A stretch of 64,000 bases of DNA from Anaeramoeba ignava BMAN (GCA_028826165.1 JAPDFW010000085.1:278679-342678); one strand, 5' to 3'; positions 12,794 through 27,635 are shown, numbered from the stretch's first letter. Made by a program: numbers and translations. Notes: generated by a model from the letters alone, not told the origin.

Positions 12794-15700
12794 TCATTTT
12801 CTTTTATTTTGATTTTCTTTCTTATTTTGATTTGCTTTTTGTTGTTTTTCAAGTTTTTGTTGTTTTTCAATTTTTTGTTGTCTTTGCTTTTCTTTTTCAA
12901 TTTGTTCTTTTTCAAATTTTTCTAATTCTTCTTCTTTTACAAGAAATTTCTGATCCAAAGAAGTAGCATTACGAATAATTTGAGGACCACCACCATAAAT
13001 ATTCAAAAGAAATTTCCAAGATTTCGGTTGAAGAGTAACAAAATCTTTTTTAAAAACCAAATGAGTTTTAATAGATTTATCTGGATTAAAAAATAAATGA
13101 TTATTAATTTGACCAGGAGGTTTATGGTTTGTTTTTTTACTCAAAACAAAAGCTTTCCAAGAATTAAACCATAAATTTGAAACAATACAAAAAATTCCAG
13201 TTGTTGGGAAAATTGGAGTAATTGATTTGATTGTTTTCAATTCAAATTGTCTTCTTTGATTTAATCTTTTCCATTTTTCTTCACAATCAGGACATTCTCC
13301 AAAATCTTTGATTTCAAAAATTTCTTTAAATTTTGTTTTTGAAATTACTAAATCCCAAGTTTCTTTGTTTAGTAATGTCATTTCTTGTTCTGTTAATTTA
13401 TTTCCTAATGCTCTTCGAAAATGTAAATGTTGACATACAAAATCTTGATTGATTAATGTATCTACTGTTGAAAAATGTTTGAGTTTTTGGATCCATAATT
13501 TCGAAATTGCATAGAATTCTGTTATTTTATTTTGATTTTGATTTTGATTTTGATTTTCATTTTCATTTTCATTTTCATTTTCATTTTCATTTTCATTTTC
13601 ATTTTCATTTTCATTTTCATTTTCATTTTCATTTTCATTTTCATTTTCATTTTGATTTTGATTTTGATTTTGATTTTGATTTTGATTTTGATTTTGATTT
13701 TCATTTTGATTTTGATTTTGATTTTGATTTTGATTTTCATTTTCATTTTCTTTTTCATTTTCGTTTTTATTTTTATTTTGATTTTCTTTCTCATTTTCAT
13801 TTTGATTTTGATTTTCATTTTTATTTTGATTTTTATTTTGATTTTCTTTTTCATTTTCATTTTCATTTTCATTTTCATTTTCATTTTCATTTTGATTTTG
13901 ATTTTGATTTTCATTTTGATTTTGATTTTCATTTTGATTTTCATTTTGATTTTGATTTTGATTTTGATTTTGATTTTGATTTTCATTTTGATTTTGATTT
14001 TGATTTTGATTTTGATTTTCATTTTGATTTTGATTTTGATTTTGATTTTGATTTTGATTTTGATTTTGATTTTCATTTTCATTTTGATTTTCATTTTGAT
14101 TTTCAGTTTCATTTTCATTTTCATTTTGATTTTGATTTTTATTTTGATTTTGATTTTGATTTTGATTTTGATTTTCTTTTTCATTTTGATTTTCATTTTT
14201 ATTTTGATTTTCATTTTGATTTTCATTTTGATTTTCATTTTGATTTTGATTTTGATTTTGATTTTGATTTTCATTTTCTTTTTCATTTTCTTTTTCATTT
14301 TGATTTTGATTTTGATTTTGATTTTCAGTTTCATTTTCTTTTTCATTTTTGATTTTGATTTTGATTTTGATTTTGATTTTGATTTTGATTTTCTTTTTCA
14401 TTTTCATTTTGATTTTGATTTTGATTTTTATTTTGATTTTGATTTTGATTTTGATTTTCTTTTTCTTTTTGATTTTGATTTTCTTTCTCGTTTTCTTTTT
14501 CTTTTTGATTTTGATTTCGAATTTGTTTAAGCTTATCCTCAATTTCCTTTTCATTCTGAGATATAAAATCATTAATTTTTGTAAATAAATCCAAATCTTT
14601 TTGTTTTTGAGTTGGATTTTTTCTCTTTTGATAAAATAATAAATAAGCATTTGAAGAAATAATATCCTCAATTTTTGCGACACTTTTAACAGACATATCA
14701 CTAAATCGATACCATTTATTATTAGAAGAATTTTTAGTATAAGCAGTATAATGACCAAAACGAAGAGCGCCGCTATGACAAACAACAGCAAATAAATCAT
14801 ATAAAACATTAGTTTTTGAATTTTGTTCCATAAAATCATTCATATCAAGTCCTTCTATAAGATATTTAACATTTGAAGAAATTTTTGATCCTGAAAATAT
14901 TCCATATTTAAACCTTTTTATATGAAGAATCAAAACTTCAGGAAGTGAAACAATTTTCAAATGACTTGTTGCGTTTTGTTTGCTTTTGCATACTTCACAA
15001 TAATACATATTTTTCCCTGATAATTCGTTTCCTTCACAGAAATAATCTAAACAATCATATATATTTATTGGAATTGATGAAAACCATCTTTTTTTTTCGT
15101 TGAAAATAGTTGAATATTTTTCTGTTGATTTTTTTGGAATTGGAAGTGAAAGATAGAAAAAGTTTTCTTTTCTTTTGAAAATTTTTTTACAACCGTGACA
15201 ATGGACAGAGGTAACAAATTCGCCTGAGAAAATATCTGATATGATACTATGTGTTTTTTTGATATACGATTTTTGTTTTTTTTCATTTGATTTTTCATTT
15301 GATTTTTCATTTGATTTTTCATTTAAATTTTCATTGGATTTGGATTTTTGATTTAAGTTTTCATTTGATTTTGATTTAGATTTGGATTTGGATTTTTGAT
15401 TTAAATTTTCATTGGATTTTAATTTGGATTTTTCATTTAAATTTTCATTTGATTTGGATTTGGATTTTTGATTTAAATTTTCATTGGATTTTGATTTTGA
15501 TTTTTGATTTAAATTTTCATTGGATTTTGATTTGGATTTTTCATTTAAATTTTCATTTGATTTGGATTTGGATTTTTGATTTAAATTTTCATTGGATTTG
15601 GATTTGGATTTTTCATTTAAGTTTTCATTGGATTTTGATTTGGATTTTTGATTTAAATTTTCATTGGATTTTGATTTGGATTTTTGATTTAAATTTTCAT

Positions 15701-16733
15701 TGGATTTTAATTTGGATTTTTCATTTAAATTTTCATTTGATTTGGATTTGGATTTTTGATTTAAATTTTCATTGGATTTTTCATTTAAGTTTTCATTGGA
15801 TTTGGATTTGGATTTTTCATTTAAATTTTCATTGGATTTGGATTTGGATTTGAATTTGAATTTGAATTTGGATTTGGATTTTGAATCCTCACAAGGTAAA
15901 TAAACTTTTTTCTTAAGAATCTCATGCAAAGAATCAAGTAAAAACATTAATAATTCTTGAGCATCTTGTTGAGAACGATCACCAAAATCCGGATTAAACT
16001 TTGAAATTTCCTCCAAAAAAGTTCTTGGCATAATTTGGTGCATATCCTTAAGCCAAACAGCTTGAATCAAATCTCTAAACGCAACGAAGATATTAATTTC
16101 CTCATCAGGATAGGGTTTAAATACTTGGAAAAAACCAACAAGTTGATCACAAGAAAGCATTGCTTGCAAAACAGAATTCATATAGCAAGTGTTTCCTTGA
16201 TTTGAAAGACCACAAACACCTCTAACATCCGCAAATTTAAACGGTTCTATTTTGTTTCTTGCTCTTGAGGCTTGCGTAATAAGTGTTCTTGCTTCACGAA
16301 AAGAATATACAAATTCAAAATATTTTTTATCTTCTTCACTTAATGTTTTTTTGTTCTTTTTTTCCTGATCTTTCAGAATGTCCTGGGTCCGATCTGTGCT
16401 ATCCCAAATATTCAACACATCCTCTTTAGCAATAAAAGATGGGTGGTCTTGGACTTCACTTGAGCATGCAAAGCAATAAATTGATCCTGATGTTAATCCT
16501 ATGTAAAGTGGGTGTTTTGTTTTATCAAAATGTTCGTTGACATGCTTTTTCTTGCCGCATCCTTGATAGTAACATTCATTGTTTATGCACATCCATATAT
16601 TAGACTTCTCCTTGCAGCTGTGACATCTGATTTCTGATTTTTCTAGTTTTTTCATAAAATTTTGCTCTTTTATTTTTTCAATTAGTTTTTTTGGATCAAC
16701 GTTTTTTAAGTGTGGACATTGTTTATAAGACAT
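12794..16733 (-). CDS. Ubiquitin-specific protease, USP20/USP33-like (zf-UBP + C19 peptidase + DUSP); 1-nt frameshift near 14346; true stop uncertain
   Basis: CPHL..C..C..W.C..C...GC zf-UBP. Cys box GLSNQGNTCYMNSVLQ, QQDAQE, His box VVCHSGALRFGHYTAY. DUSP motifs WFNSWKAFV..PPGQINN and WKFLLNIYGGGP. Confidence 0.85.
13530..14520 (-). repeat. Coding (CAAAAT/GAAAAT)n poly-QN/EN tract in the USP
   Basis: Translates to about 320 aa of N/Q/E/K between the catalytic and DUSP domains. Confidence 0.85.
15285..15885 (-). repeat. Coding 36-nt repeat (SKSKSNENLN[Q/E]K)n inserted in the USP catalytic domain
   Basis: Visible in ORF 14343-16733 between the QQDAQE box and SIISDIFSG. Confidence 0.9.
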
Positions 16734-16931
16734 TTTAATTAGAATAAAAATAATAAAAATAATAATAATAATAAAAAAATGAAAATTAAAAAAATGAAAA
16801 TTAAAATTTTTTTGATTGATTTTTTATTTTGAATTTGAATTTTTATTTTGAATTTGAATTTGATTTGAAAAAAAATCTTTTTTTTAAATTCTTTTTTTTA
16901 AAATCTTTTTTTAAATTCTTTTTTTAAATTC

Positions 16932-19900
16932 TTAATTTAAATCTTCAATCCATTCAAATGGTTCTGGTGGTTCAGGTTCTTCACCTTCATCTTGAGGAGA
17001 TTCAGTTTGAATTTTCTCTTCAACAATAACAAGTTCTTCATTCTCATCAGGTTTTGTATCATGAAGTAAAATGACACCAAATTGAGCATTTGATTTAATA
17101 GAACGATAACGTTCATCAATATCAAGACTAACATAATCTCTTTGAATCAAAGTAATTCTTGTAGGATTTTGTAAAATTTCGAAATTTTCTTTTTTTGGAA
17201 TATCTTTTTTTTGGATTTCTTGATTTTCTTGATTTTCTTTGATTTCTTGATTTTCTTGATTTTCTTGATTTTCTTTGATTTCTTGATTTTCTTGATTTTC
17301 TTGATTTTCTTCTTGTTTCTTCTCTTTCTTCATTTCTTCTCTTTTCAATGCTTTTGCTGTAAAAGAAAGAACAGCCTTTTCTATTGTAATATCTTTTTTC
17401 TGTTCGGAAATTTCTAACGGTTTTGGATAAGCAAATAAATCAGGATTTGCATTTGATTTGACTTTAAATTTAGGCATTTCCAAATTGATATTCAATCCAA
17501 TCAATGCAGTTGGTTGGAAAGACAAAGAAAGTAAATGAACGAACGGATGCCAGAACCAGAATTGAGTGAAAATGGACAAACCGACGATGGAAGTGATATC
17601 GTTCATTCCGGAATTTGTTTGCAAACTAATAACGACATTTCTTCCGCCTGCATCGATGATTCCTGCTCCCAAAATAGCACCAATTTTTGCCATGAGAGTT
17701 TCCGCTTTATCCGAAACACTCTGGAAAAACATGTCGCGAACGAGTTTGGCTCGTGGTTCTTGGAGCTCGTTGATTTGCATGAGCACCATTGCCAGTCCAA
17801 GAAAGGATCCCTGGCGAACAAAATCAACAGGATCTTTTGTCAATGGAAATAATAAATCAATTGCCTGTTTTTTGACTTGCAATGATTTAACAGAAGAGCA
17901 TCCAATGCCGAGAGAAATAGCGGCTCCAAAACGCACATGTGGATTGTAGCTTTTGGAGAGCAAAGATAATGTCTGAGGGATTTGTTCGGGTTCTTTGAAA
18001 AGCAGGAACGCAATTGCGATCACAGCGGCTCTTCTGACGTCGTCGTTGACATCACTAACGCCGACATGAAGAAGTCTTTTTAGAGCCTTGTCGTTTGAAG
18101 TTCCTGCATACGCCATTGCGATTGTGTACATTGCTCCATACCGAAGAATCGGGTCTTTGTCCAGAAGCAGCTGCTCAATGAGCGTGTCTGCTGCCTCTTC
18201 TTTTCCATACATAATAAGAGATATTCCGATTGCAAGTGAACGTATGATTTTTTCATGCTGAGTTTCATGCGCATATACGAGCATGTCCTGGATCGCGCTT
18301 TCTGATGCGCTTCCAAGCATTACAAGTCCCATTGCAAGCCCTGCCGTCTCGCCCGCAATCGCAGAGTCTGAGTAGCATATGGCTTTTAAATCCTCGTATA
18401 TTTCCTCATTCAAGGTTCCCATTGCAGAGAGTCCCAATCCGAGACATGCTCCATGCTGCAAAATTTCATTTCCATCAAGACTTCTCAGCATGTTGAGTAA
18501 ATAAGGTGTTGATGTTTCTCCGTGGTTCACGTTGATAATTCCCAACGCATAAAGCGCTCCCGCCTCTGAATATGGCGATTCTGAGCGCCCGTTTTGAGGT
18601 AAATATGGTGACAATAAATCCAGTGCCTGTGCAATGTGTCCTTTATGGATCACTCCCAATGATGCTGTACTTGAAAATTTTCCCCAATTGTTGATTTTTC
18701 GCAACCATTCCAGATTCCCTCGTAAAAAGGAATCCACAGTTGTTCCTGCCTGCATAAATCCATGTGCAGTTACTGTTGTTGTTCTCAATGCTATTTTTCT
18801 CGTGTCCATTTTCGTTTTGATTTGTCTCAGAATTTGGAAATCTGTGTGATTGTTCAAGTTTAAAAACTGAAGCAGTAATTTCAAAGAGTATTCTTGATTT
18901 AGAATAGCCTTTAGTTTTTTAATTTTTTCCGGTTTCAGATTTGGTTTTGGAGTTTCTTTTGTTTCCTCTGTTTTTTCTTCTAATTTCTTTTCATCATTAT
19001 CATTATCATTATCATTATTTAATTTTTTTTCTTCTTGCATTTTTGTTTGTTGTTTTTCTTCGATTGGATCTGGAATTCTTGATTTAATTTCAGAAAGCAT
19101 TTTCTGTCCTGCATTTTCACACAAATCAAATCCTATTTGGTATGCTGTAAGAATATCAATTTCCTTTTCGGAATCAATTAAGTTCATTAAAATTTCTGAG
19201 ATTTTTTCTGTGTCTTCCATTAATAATAATAGTTCACAGATTCGGATATGATCTTCTTTTTGTTCTGATTGATAAATTTCTATAAGAAGTTGTAAAATCT
19301 ATTAAAATTTTACAATCAAAAGAATAATTTCATTTTAAATTTTTTAAAAAAAAATAGTTTTTTTTTTGTTTTCGTTTTACTTGTTGTCGAAATGATCTTT
19401 TTAAAACATATTTATTTGTTATTTTTAAGCAATATTCCAATGTTTCTGGAATGTTTCCTGATTTGTAAATTGTTTCTTTAATTAAATCAAGTCTTTTGGA
19501 TTCGATTGCAATTCCGATTGCTTGTTTAAATTCTCCATCTTCGAAGCAACGTTGAAACATTTTGGAAATGACATTTTCAATATTAAACAATAATTCTGCT
19601 TGTTTTCTTAATTGTTCTTGAGATTTTTCTTCCTCAGTTTGTGATCTTATCAAGATATATTCATCAATACATTTTGCTTTTAATTTATAAAATTTATTTA
19701 TTAAATTATTTATAAATTTAAATATAAATTATTAATAAAATTATTTATTAAATTATTTATAAAATTATTAAATTATTAAATTATTTATTAATTTATTTAT
19801 TAAATTATTTATTAAATTATTAATTAAATTATTTATTAATTTTATTTATTAAATTATTTATTAATTTATTTATTAAATTATTTATTAAATTATTTATTAA

Positions 19901-20860
19901 ATTTATTTATTAATTATTTATTAATTTATAAATTTATTTATTAAATTATTTATTAATTTATTTATTAATTTATTTATTAAATTATTTATTAAATTAAATA
20001 TTAAATTATTTATTAAATTATTAATTAAATTATTAATAAAATTATTTATTAAATTATTTATTAATTTATAAATAAAATTATTTATTAAATTTATTTATAA
20101 ATTTATTTATTAAATTTATTTATTAATTTATTTATTATTTTATTTATAAATTTATTTATTATTTTATTTATAAATTTATTTATTAAATTATTTATTAATT
20201 TATTTATTAAATTTATTTATTAAATTTATTTATTAAATTATTTATTAATTTATTAAATTATTTATTAAATTATTTATTAAATTATTTATTAAATTATTTA
20301 TTAATTTATTTATCAATTTATTTATTAATTTATTAAATTATTTATTAATTTATTTATTTAATCAGAAAATATTTACCAACAATTGTCTCAACAAATTCGC
20401 TTTTATTCGATAAATCAAATAAATCACCAGCTGCTAATGCATAATTTAAAGCTTCATTCATTGAACCTAGATGATAATAAACTTTACTTGCTACTAAAGA
20501 GGCTAATTCTTTTGATACAAAATCTTGATCTTCACATAACTTTTCTCTATATATAAATAATTATAACAAACAAATAAAATAATATCTTGTTATTTATTTC
20601 AAATCTGTTTCTTTTTTCTTTTATAATTAAATTCTCTTTTATAAACTTTATATTTTCAAAAATTATATTTTTTTTTTATTTTTTTATATTTTTTTTTTAT
20701 CAAAAAATTAAACAAACATTAAACCAATTGAATCAGCAATTTCTGGCCAAAATTGATCTACAAGTTCATTTAACTTTTTAAGTGCATATGTTTGAAGTTT
20801 TGGATCTTCTTCTTCAAGATATGAAATAATTGGACTAACAGAAGTTAAATTTGCATTCAT
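16932..20860 (-). CDS. RPN2: 26S proteasome regulatory subunit RPN2/PSMD1; exons 20860-20718, 20546-20377, 19676-19381, 19298-16932
   Basis: N-terminal [28 protein letters not shown] repeats ([29 protein letters not shown]) and C-terminal EPEPPEPFE. All three introns are GT-AG and frame-preserving. Confidence 0.97.
19677..20376 (-). repeat. 700-bp RPN2 intron 2 of roughly 12-mer (AATAAATAATTT)n
   Basis: GTAAAT donor at 20376, AAAG acceptor at 19677, repeat interior. Confidence 0.85.
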
Positions 20861-21029
20861 TTTTTTATTATTTTTTATTAATTAATTATTTATTTTTTGT
20901 TTTTGTTTTAGAAAAAAAGAAGAAAAGAAAAAAATGAAAAAAAAAATAAAAATAAAAAATATTTTTTTTTCTCCTTTTAATTTTAATTTTATTTTTTTCT
21001 CCTTTTTATTTTTCCGATTTTTTTTTTAA

Positions 21030-21420
21030 TTTTTTAATTTCAATTTTAATTTTTTTAATTTTAATTTTAATTTTAATTTTTCAATTTTAATTTTAATTTT
21101 TAATTTTAATTTTAATTTTAATTTTAATTTTAATTTTTAATTTTAATTTCAATTTTAATTTCAATTTTAATTTTAATTTTAATTTTAATTTTAATTTTAA
21201 TTTTAATTTTAATTTTAATTTTAATTTTTAATTTCAATTTTTAATTTCAATTTTGATTTTAATTTTAATTTTAATTTCAATTTTAATTTCAATTTTAATT
21301 TTAATTTCAATTTCAATTTTAATTCAAAATTAAATTTCAATTTAATTTCCATTTATTAATTCATTTCAGTTCAAAATTAAAAAGAAATAGAAATAGAAAT
21401 AGAAATAGAAATAGAAATAT
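21030..21420. repeat. Intergenic (AATTTT)n hexamer tract plus (AGAAAT)n
   Basis: Direct reading between the RPN2 start and the Rab14 stop. Confidence 0.9.
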
Positions 21421-21442
21421 TAAGCTTTAAATAATAAAAGCT

Positions 21443-23233
21443 TTAACAACATTGACTTCTGCTCTTTTTTTCAATACCAGATTCAGTTTCTTGAGGATCA
21501 TTTAATGTTTGATTTTCTTGTAATTTTAAAGTTCCACTTTGAATTTTTTCATAAATAATTCTAGCAGTTTTTTGGAAACATTCTTCAACATTCGTATTTG
21601 ATTTTGCACTTGTTTCAATAAATTCTAATCCTATTTATTATGCAAGATTAATATAATTATTTTTATTGATTGTGTATTTGATTATTTAATTTGATACCAT
21701 TTTCATTTGCAAATTTTTCACCTTCTTCTATTGAAATGGATCTTTCTCGAATATCAATTTTATTTGCTACAAGTGTTATTGTTGTATCTGGATTAGATAA
21801 ATTACGTGCATCTGTTAACCATGTATTTAAGTGATAAAAAGTGTTTCTTCTAATAATATATTAAATATATTATTAAATATATTATTAAATATATTATTAA
21901 ATATATTATTAAATATATTATTAAATATATTATTATTAAATATATTATTATTAAATATATTATTAAATTTATTATTATTTAAAATATACCTTGTCACATC
22001 ATAAACTAAAAGAATACCTACAGCTCCTCTAAAATAACTTCTAGTTATAGCTCTAAATCTTTCCTATTAATTTAAAAATTTGATTATTAAATTTGATTAT
22101 TATTTTACAAAGGAATAAAAGAATTTACTTGACCAGCAGTATCCCAAATTTGAATCTTCCTATTTTTAAAAATAAAATTTGATTTTGAATTTAAATTTAT
22201 AAATGAATTTGAATTTATAAATGAATTTGAATTTATAAATGAATTTGAATTTGAATTTGAATTTGGATTTATAAATGAATTTGAATTTATAAATGATTTT
22301 GATTTGAATTTATAAATTGGATTTATAAATGAATTTGAATTTATAAATGATTTTGATTTTGATTTTATAAATGATTTTGAATTTATAAATGAATTTGAAT
22401 TTATAAATGAATTTGATTTTATAAATGATTTTGAATTTATAAATGAATTTGATTTTATAAATGATTTATAAATGATTTTGAATTTATAAATGAATTTGAA
22501 TTTATAAATGAATTTGAATTTATAAATGAATTTGATTTTATAAATGAATTTGATTTTATAAATGAATTTAAATTTATAAATGAATTTGATTTTGAATTTG
22601 AATTTATAAATGAATTTTGAATTTATAAATGAATTTTGATTTTGAATTTATAAATGAATTTTGAATTTATAAATGATTTATAAATGATTTTGAATTTAAA
22701 TTTATAAATGAATTTGAATTTTTAAATGAATTATGATTTTGAATTTATAAATGAATTTTGAATTTATAAATGATTTATAAATGATTTTGAATTTAAATTT
22801 ATAAATGATTTTGAATTTATAAATGAATTTGAATTTATAAATGAATTTGAATTTATAAATGAATTTGAATTTATAAATTAATTTGAATTAAATTTGAATT
22901 TGTAAATTTTTTACACTTTATCATTCATAATTTGAATAGTACGAGATGCAAATTCAACACCAATAGTATGAGAACAATCAGGAAAAACTTTGTTTATAAT
23001 AAAAAATTTTTAAAATGAATTTACAAAACGTTTTATTGATTTTTGTTTATTCAATTTTTTAAAAAAAAAATTAATACATTTTCCTTCAGTATATTGATTA
23101 AGAAGAGAAGACTTTCCTGTTTAAAAATGAAATTAAAAATTAAAAATTGAAATAAATATTTTTAATTATAAAATATACCAGTTCCAGTTGCTCCAATAAC
23201 AATAAATTTAAATGTATATTTATAAGAAGTCAT
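21443..23233 (-). CDS. RAB14: Rab GTPase, Rab14-like, multi-exon (absent from ORF track)
   Basis: Spliced product [68 protein letters not shown] and C-terminal CC. The DCxHTIGVEF and WLTDARNL motifs match Rab14. Confidence 0.85.
22160..22914 (-). repeat. 755-bp Rab14 intron of roughly 18-mer (ATTTATAAATTCAAATTC)n
   Basis: GTAAAA donor at 22914 and ATAG acceptor at 22160. Confidence 0.9.
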
Positions 23234-23412
23234 TTTAAAAACAAAAACAAAAAAAAAATGAAAAAAATGAAAAAAATGAAAAAAAAAATTTATTCTTTTT
23301 TTTTGTTTAAAAAAATTTGAAAAAAAAAAGTTTAAATTCTGAAATGGATTTGTTTAGAAAAAAATAAGTTCTTGGAAATTAAAAATTTAAAATTTAAAAT
23401 TGTTTTTAATAA

Positions 23413-25980
23413 TTAATTATTTGATAAATCTTTTTTGCTTTTTTTCTTTTTATGATGTTTTTTTTTCTTCTTTAATCCAACATTTTGAGTTTCAGTTTCC
23501 ATTCCATTTTCATTAAAAGTATTTAAATCATCATTATTTTTAATTTCTTCTTGATTTTCAAATTGATTTTTTTCTTTTTCTTTTTGAATTTTTTCTTCTG
23601 CGATTTTTATTGAATTTTCTTGATTAAATTGTTCTTTTTCACCTGAAAATTCTAAATATTTATCACTCCAAGATTTTGGGGTTAAATCATTTACTTTTCC
23701 ATATTTATCGAGTAAACCTTCTTTGATCATTTGTTTTTTTGCTTTTGCCTAATTATGAAAAAATTTATCCGATTTTGAATTTTAATTTTATAAAATGAAT
23801 TTTAATTTTAATTTTAATTTTAATTTTATAAATGAATTTTAATTTTAATTTTAATTTTAATTTTATAAATGAATTTTAATTTTAATTTTAATTTGAATTT
23901 TAATTTTAATTTTAATTTTAATTTTAATTTTAATTTTAATTTTATAAATGAATTTTATAAATGAATTTTAATTTTAATTTAATTTTGATTTTAATTTTAT
24001 AAATGAATTTGAATTTTATAAATGAATTTTATAAATGAATTTTAATTTTAATTTAATTTTGATTTTAATTTTATAAATGAATTTTAATTTTAATTTCAAA
24101 ATGAATTTTAATTTTATAAATGAATTTTATAAATGAATTTTAAAAAATAAGCATACAACAGGACCATTTCCCCATTTACGAGGATAAGTATCTCTATCCA
24201 TAATAACTCTCTTAATTTTTGCAACTATACCGAATTCTGAAGCTGCCATAACATCAGAAGTCATCAAGGAGATAGCCAAAGCAACAGCTTCACCTTTAGT
24301 TGTAATCAATACAATCTCTTGCCCGACAGAAATACCAGAATCAAACCTCAACAACCCAGGAATCATAAGCTTAGCACCATAGCAAATAGCATTAACACTC
24401 GTGTCCTTAAGAACTACTCTTTTATGATCAGTCAAAAGCCACTCTAATGGTTTTATAACTTGTCGAAGATAACTTTCATCCCTTGTTGTCTGATAAAGAA
24501 ATTGCGCATCTAAGACATCGTGCATTGTGACGATTGAATCATTCTCAGTCAGCCTGCCAGACCGCACTCTTCGAAGCTCTTGCATCTTTGCAGGACAACC
24601 CGCAAGATATCCAATATGTTCACAAAGTGTTCTGATGTAAGTGCCTGCTTCACATTTAACCCAAAAGAGTCCCAAATTCCGATTTTGATCAAATTCTAAA
24701 AATTTGCTTTCGTAAATTGTCCGCACTCGAAGCTGCTTTTTCACTGCAGATACTTCGGGTGGTCTTTGGAAAAGCGCGCCTGTTAGGAGTTTTAGGGTTT
24801 CTTGAAACTTTTTTTCTTCAATCGAAGTGCTGAATTTGATTATTGCTACATACTCTTTCCCAGCGCCTTGTTGTGACTTAACTAATCGCGTCGCTCGGTT
24901 CAGACATACTATTAAACATCCTGTTACTTGCGGATCAAGTGTTCCTGAATGTCCTGTTTTTTCAATTTGAAGTATCTTCTTGATCCATGCTACTACTTCG
25001 TGTGATGATGGATTCGATGGCTTGTCAAGGTTAATTACTCCATATTTTAAATATTCACTTAGTGCTCGTTTTGTTGGTGATGATCCTTCAGGTAGAATTG
25101 TGAAATGTGATGTTCTTATATTCATTTTGTCAAAGTCCTTATTTGATTGAATTTCGATTTGAATTTTGAATTTATATTTATTATATTTATTATATTTATT
25201 ATATTTATATTTATATTTATATTTATATTTATATTTATATTTATATTTATATTTATATTTATATTTATATTTATATTTATAATTATATTTATATTTATAT
25301 TTATATTTATATTTATATTTATATTTATATTTATATTTATATTTATATTTATATTTATATTTATTTATATTTATATTTATATTTATATTTATATTTATTA
25401 TATTTATTATATTTATATTTATATTTTATATTTATTTATTTTATTTATTTATTATATTTTTTATATTTTTATATTTTATATTTATTTATTTATATTTATA
25501 ATTATATTTATATTTATATTTATAATTATATTTATATTTATATTTATTATGTTTTATTTATTTATATTTATATATTTTATATTTATATTTATATTTTATT
25601 TATATTTATATTTATTTATATTTATATTTTATTATAATTATAGAATTATATTTATATTTATATTTATATTTATATTTATATTTATATTTATATTTATATT
25701 TATAATTATATTTATAATTATATTTATATTTATATTTATATTTATATTTATATTTATATTTATATTTATATTTATATTCATATTTATTATATTTATAATT
25801 ATATTTATATTTATATTTCTTCAAATTTCATACTTTTAAAAGAAGTTTCCATTGTTCTGTTGAAAATTTTGGTTCAATTTGTTCTGATGAAATACAAAAA
25901 TCTGTTTCTACTTGAATTTCTCCAAGTGTTTTTTGATTAGATTTTTTATGAGATTTTTTATGAGATTTTTTATTTTTCAT
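23413..25980 (-). CDS. DKC1: H/ACA RNP pseudouridine synthase dyskerin/Cbf5; exons 25980-25834, 25137-24157, 23748-23413
   Basis: [38 protein letters not shown] domain, [14 protein letters not shown], Lys-rich tail. Confidence 0.97.
23749..24156 (-). repeat. DKC1 intron 2 of (AAAATT)n mixed with ATTTATAAAATTC units
   Basis: GTATGC donor at 24156, TAG acceptor at 23749. Confidence 0.85.
25138..25833 (-). repeat. 696-bp DKC1 intron 1 of (ATAAAT)n
   Basis: GTATGA donor at 25833, AAG acceptor at 25138. Confidence 0.9.
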
Positions 25981-26197
25981 TTTAATTTATTATAATTATA
26001 TTAATTATATTTTATTTTTATTTAAGAAAGAGAAAGAAAAACAAAGAAAAAAAAAATGAAAAAAAATGAAAAAATAAATTTTGTAAAAGAAGAAAAAAAA
26101 TTTTTTTATTTAAAAAATTAAAAAGGAGAAAATTTCTTTTTTCATTTTTTTTCTTTATTTTTCTTTTTTTCATTTTATTATTATTATTTTTATTAAA

Positions 26198-27635
26198 ATG
26201 TCTTTTATTTACGTTTTAATAACACAAAACAAAAATCTTTTATTTGATTATTCACCTTTTGATGGTATTTTATTATTTCTTTTTCTCTTTTAAACTCAAA
26301 TTTAAATTCAAATTTAAATTTTATATTTAATATCAAAAAGGAAATTTCAAGGAAATTTGTCTTAAATTTATTTATCATATAAATACAGAAAATAAAGGAT
26401 CATATGCTTATGATCAGTAATTTATTTTAAAAAAGATTATTTTCAATTAAAGAAAAAGTTTTACAGAAAATAAATTCTTCATTTTTTCTTTCTAGATATT
26501 TACTTCATGTTTTAGTTGATCAAGAAACAGTTTTTCTTTGTATGGTTGCTTTAAGTGTTTCAAGAGGTTTAGCTTTTGCTTTTCTTGAAAAAATTAAAAA
26601 AGAATTTAATCAAGTTTTTAAACAAGAAAAACCTCCAACAAAACATCAAAAACAAAATTTTTTTCATTTTTTAAAAACGGAATTTGTAAATTTATCAAGA
26701 ATTTATATTTATATTTATATTATTTTAAATATTTATATTATTTTAAATATATTTATATTTATATTTTAAAAATGAAAAATATTTATATTTATATTTAAAT
26801 ATTTTAAATATCTTTATATTTTTTTATATTATTTTAAATATATTTTAAAATATTTTATATTATTTTAAATATATTTTAAATATATTTTAAATATATTTTT
26901 TAAATTTATATTTTATTAAATTTATTTTTATATTTATATTATTTTAAATATTTATATTTTAAAAAATTATTTTAAATTTTAGAAAATAAATTTTATTTTT
27001 AAAAATATTTATATTTTTGAAAAATATTTATATTTATAGTTTTTAAATATATCCAACAAAAACAAATATTTATATTTTTAAAAATATATTTTAAATATTT
27101 ATATTTTATATATTTTAAATATTTTATATTTATATTTTAAATATTTATATTATTTTAAATATTTATATTTATATTATTTTAAATATATTTTAAATATTTA
27201 TATTATTTTAAATATATTTTAAATATATTTTAAATTTAGGATGAATTCTCTTCAATTAAAAACGTTGATACATTTACTAAAATGAAAAATGATCTTGATG
27301 AAACAAAACATATCATGAAAAAAAATATCGATAAAATAATTGATCGAGAAAATAAACTTGATGATCTAATTGATAAAACTGAAAATTTAGGAAAATATGC
27401 AGCTAACTTTAAAAAAACCTCAAGAAATGTTAAAAGAAGAATGTGTTGGGAAAAATATAAAACAACAATTGTTTTACTTTTAGTTATAACTGTAAATTTT
27501 ATTCATATTTAAATATTTAAATATTTTTATTTTTATTTTTGTTATTATTATTATTATTATTAGGTTTTTATTTATTTTGTTGCAGCTGGAATTTGTGGTG
27601 GATTTCATTTCCCAAAATGTCATTCTCAAAAATAA
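26198..27635 (+). CDS. VAMP7: Longin R-SNARE, VAMP7-like; exons 26198-26264, 26341-26416, 26496-26685, 27240-27491, 27564-27635
   Basis: Longin domain (GNF, AFAFLEKIK..F), R-SNARE core IM..NIDKIIDRENKLDDLIDKT..L...A..F, TM segment and CGGF..P.C tail. Confidence 0.88.

Noticed and set aside
17535-18849. Antisense/overlapping ORFs within RPN2 (and VPS45)
   Set aside because: They are short by-products of locally higher GC with no recognisable motifs or upstream initiator.
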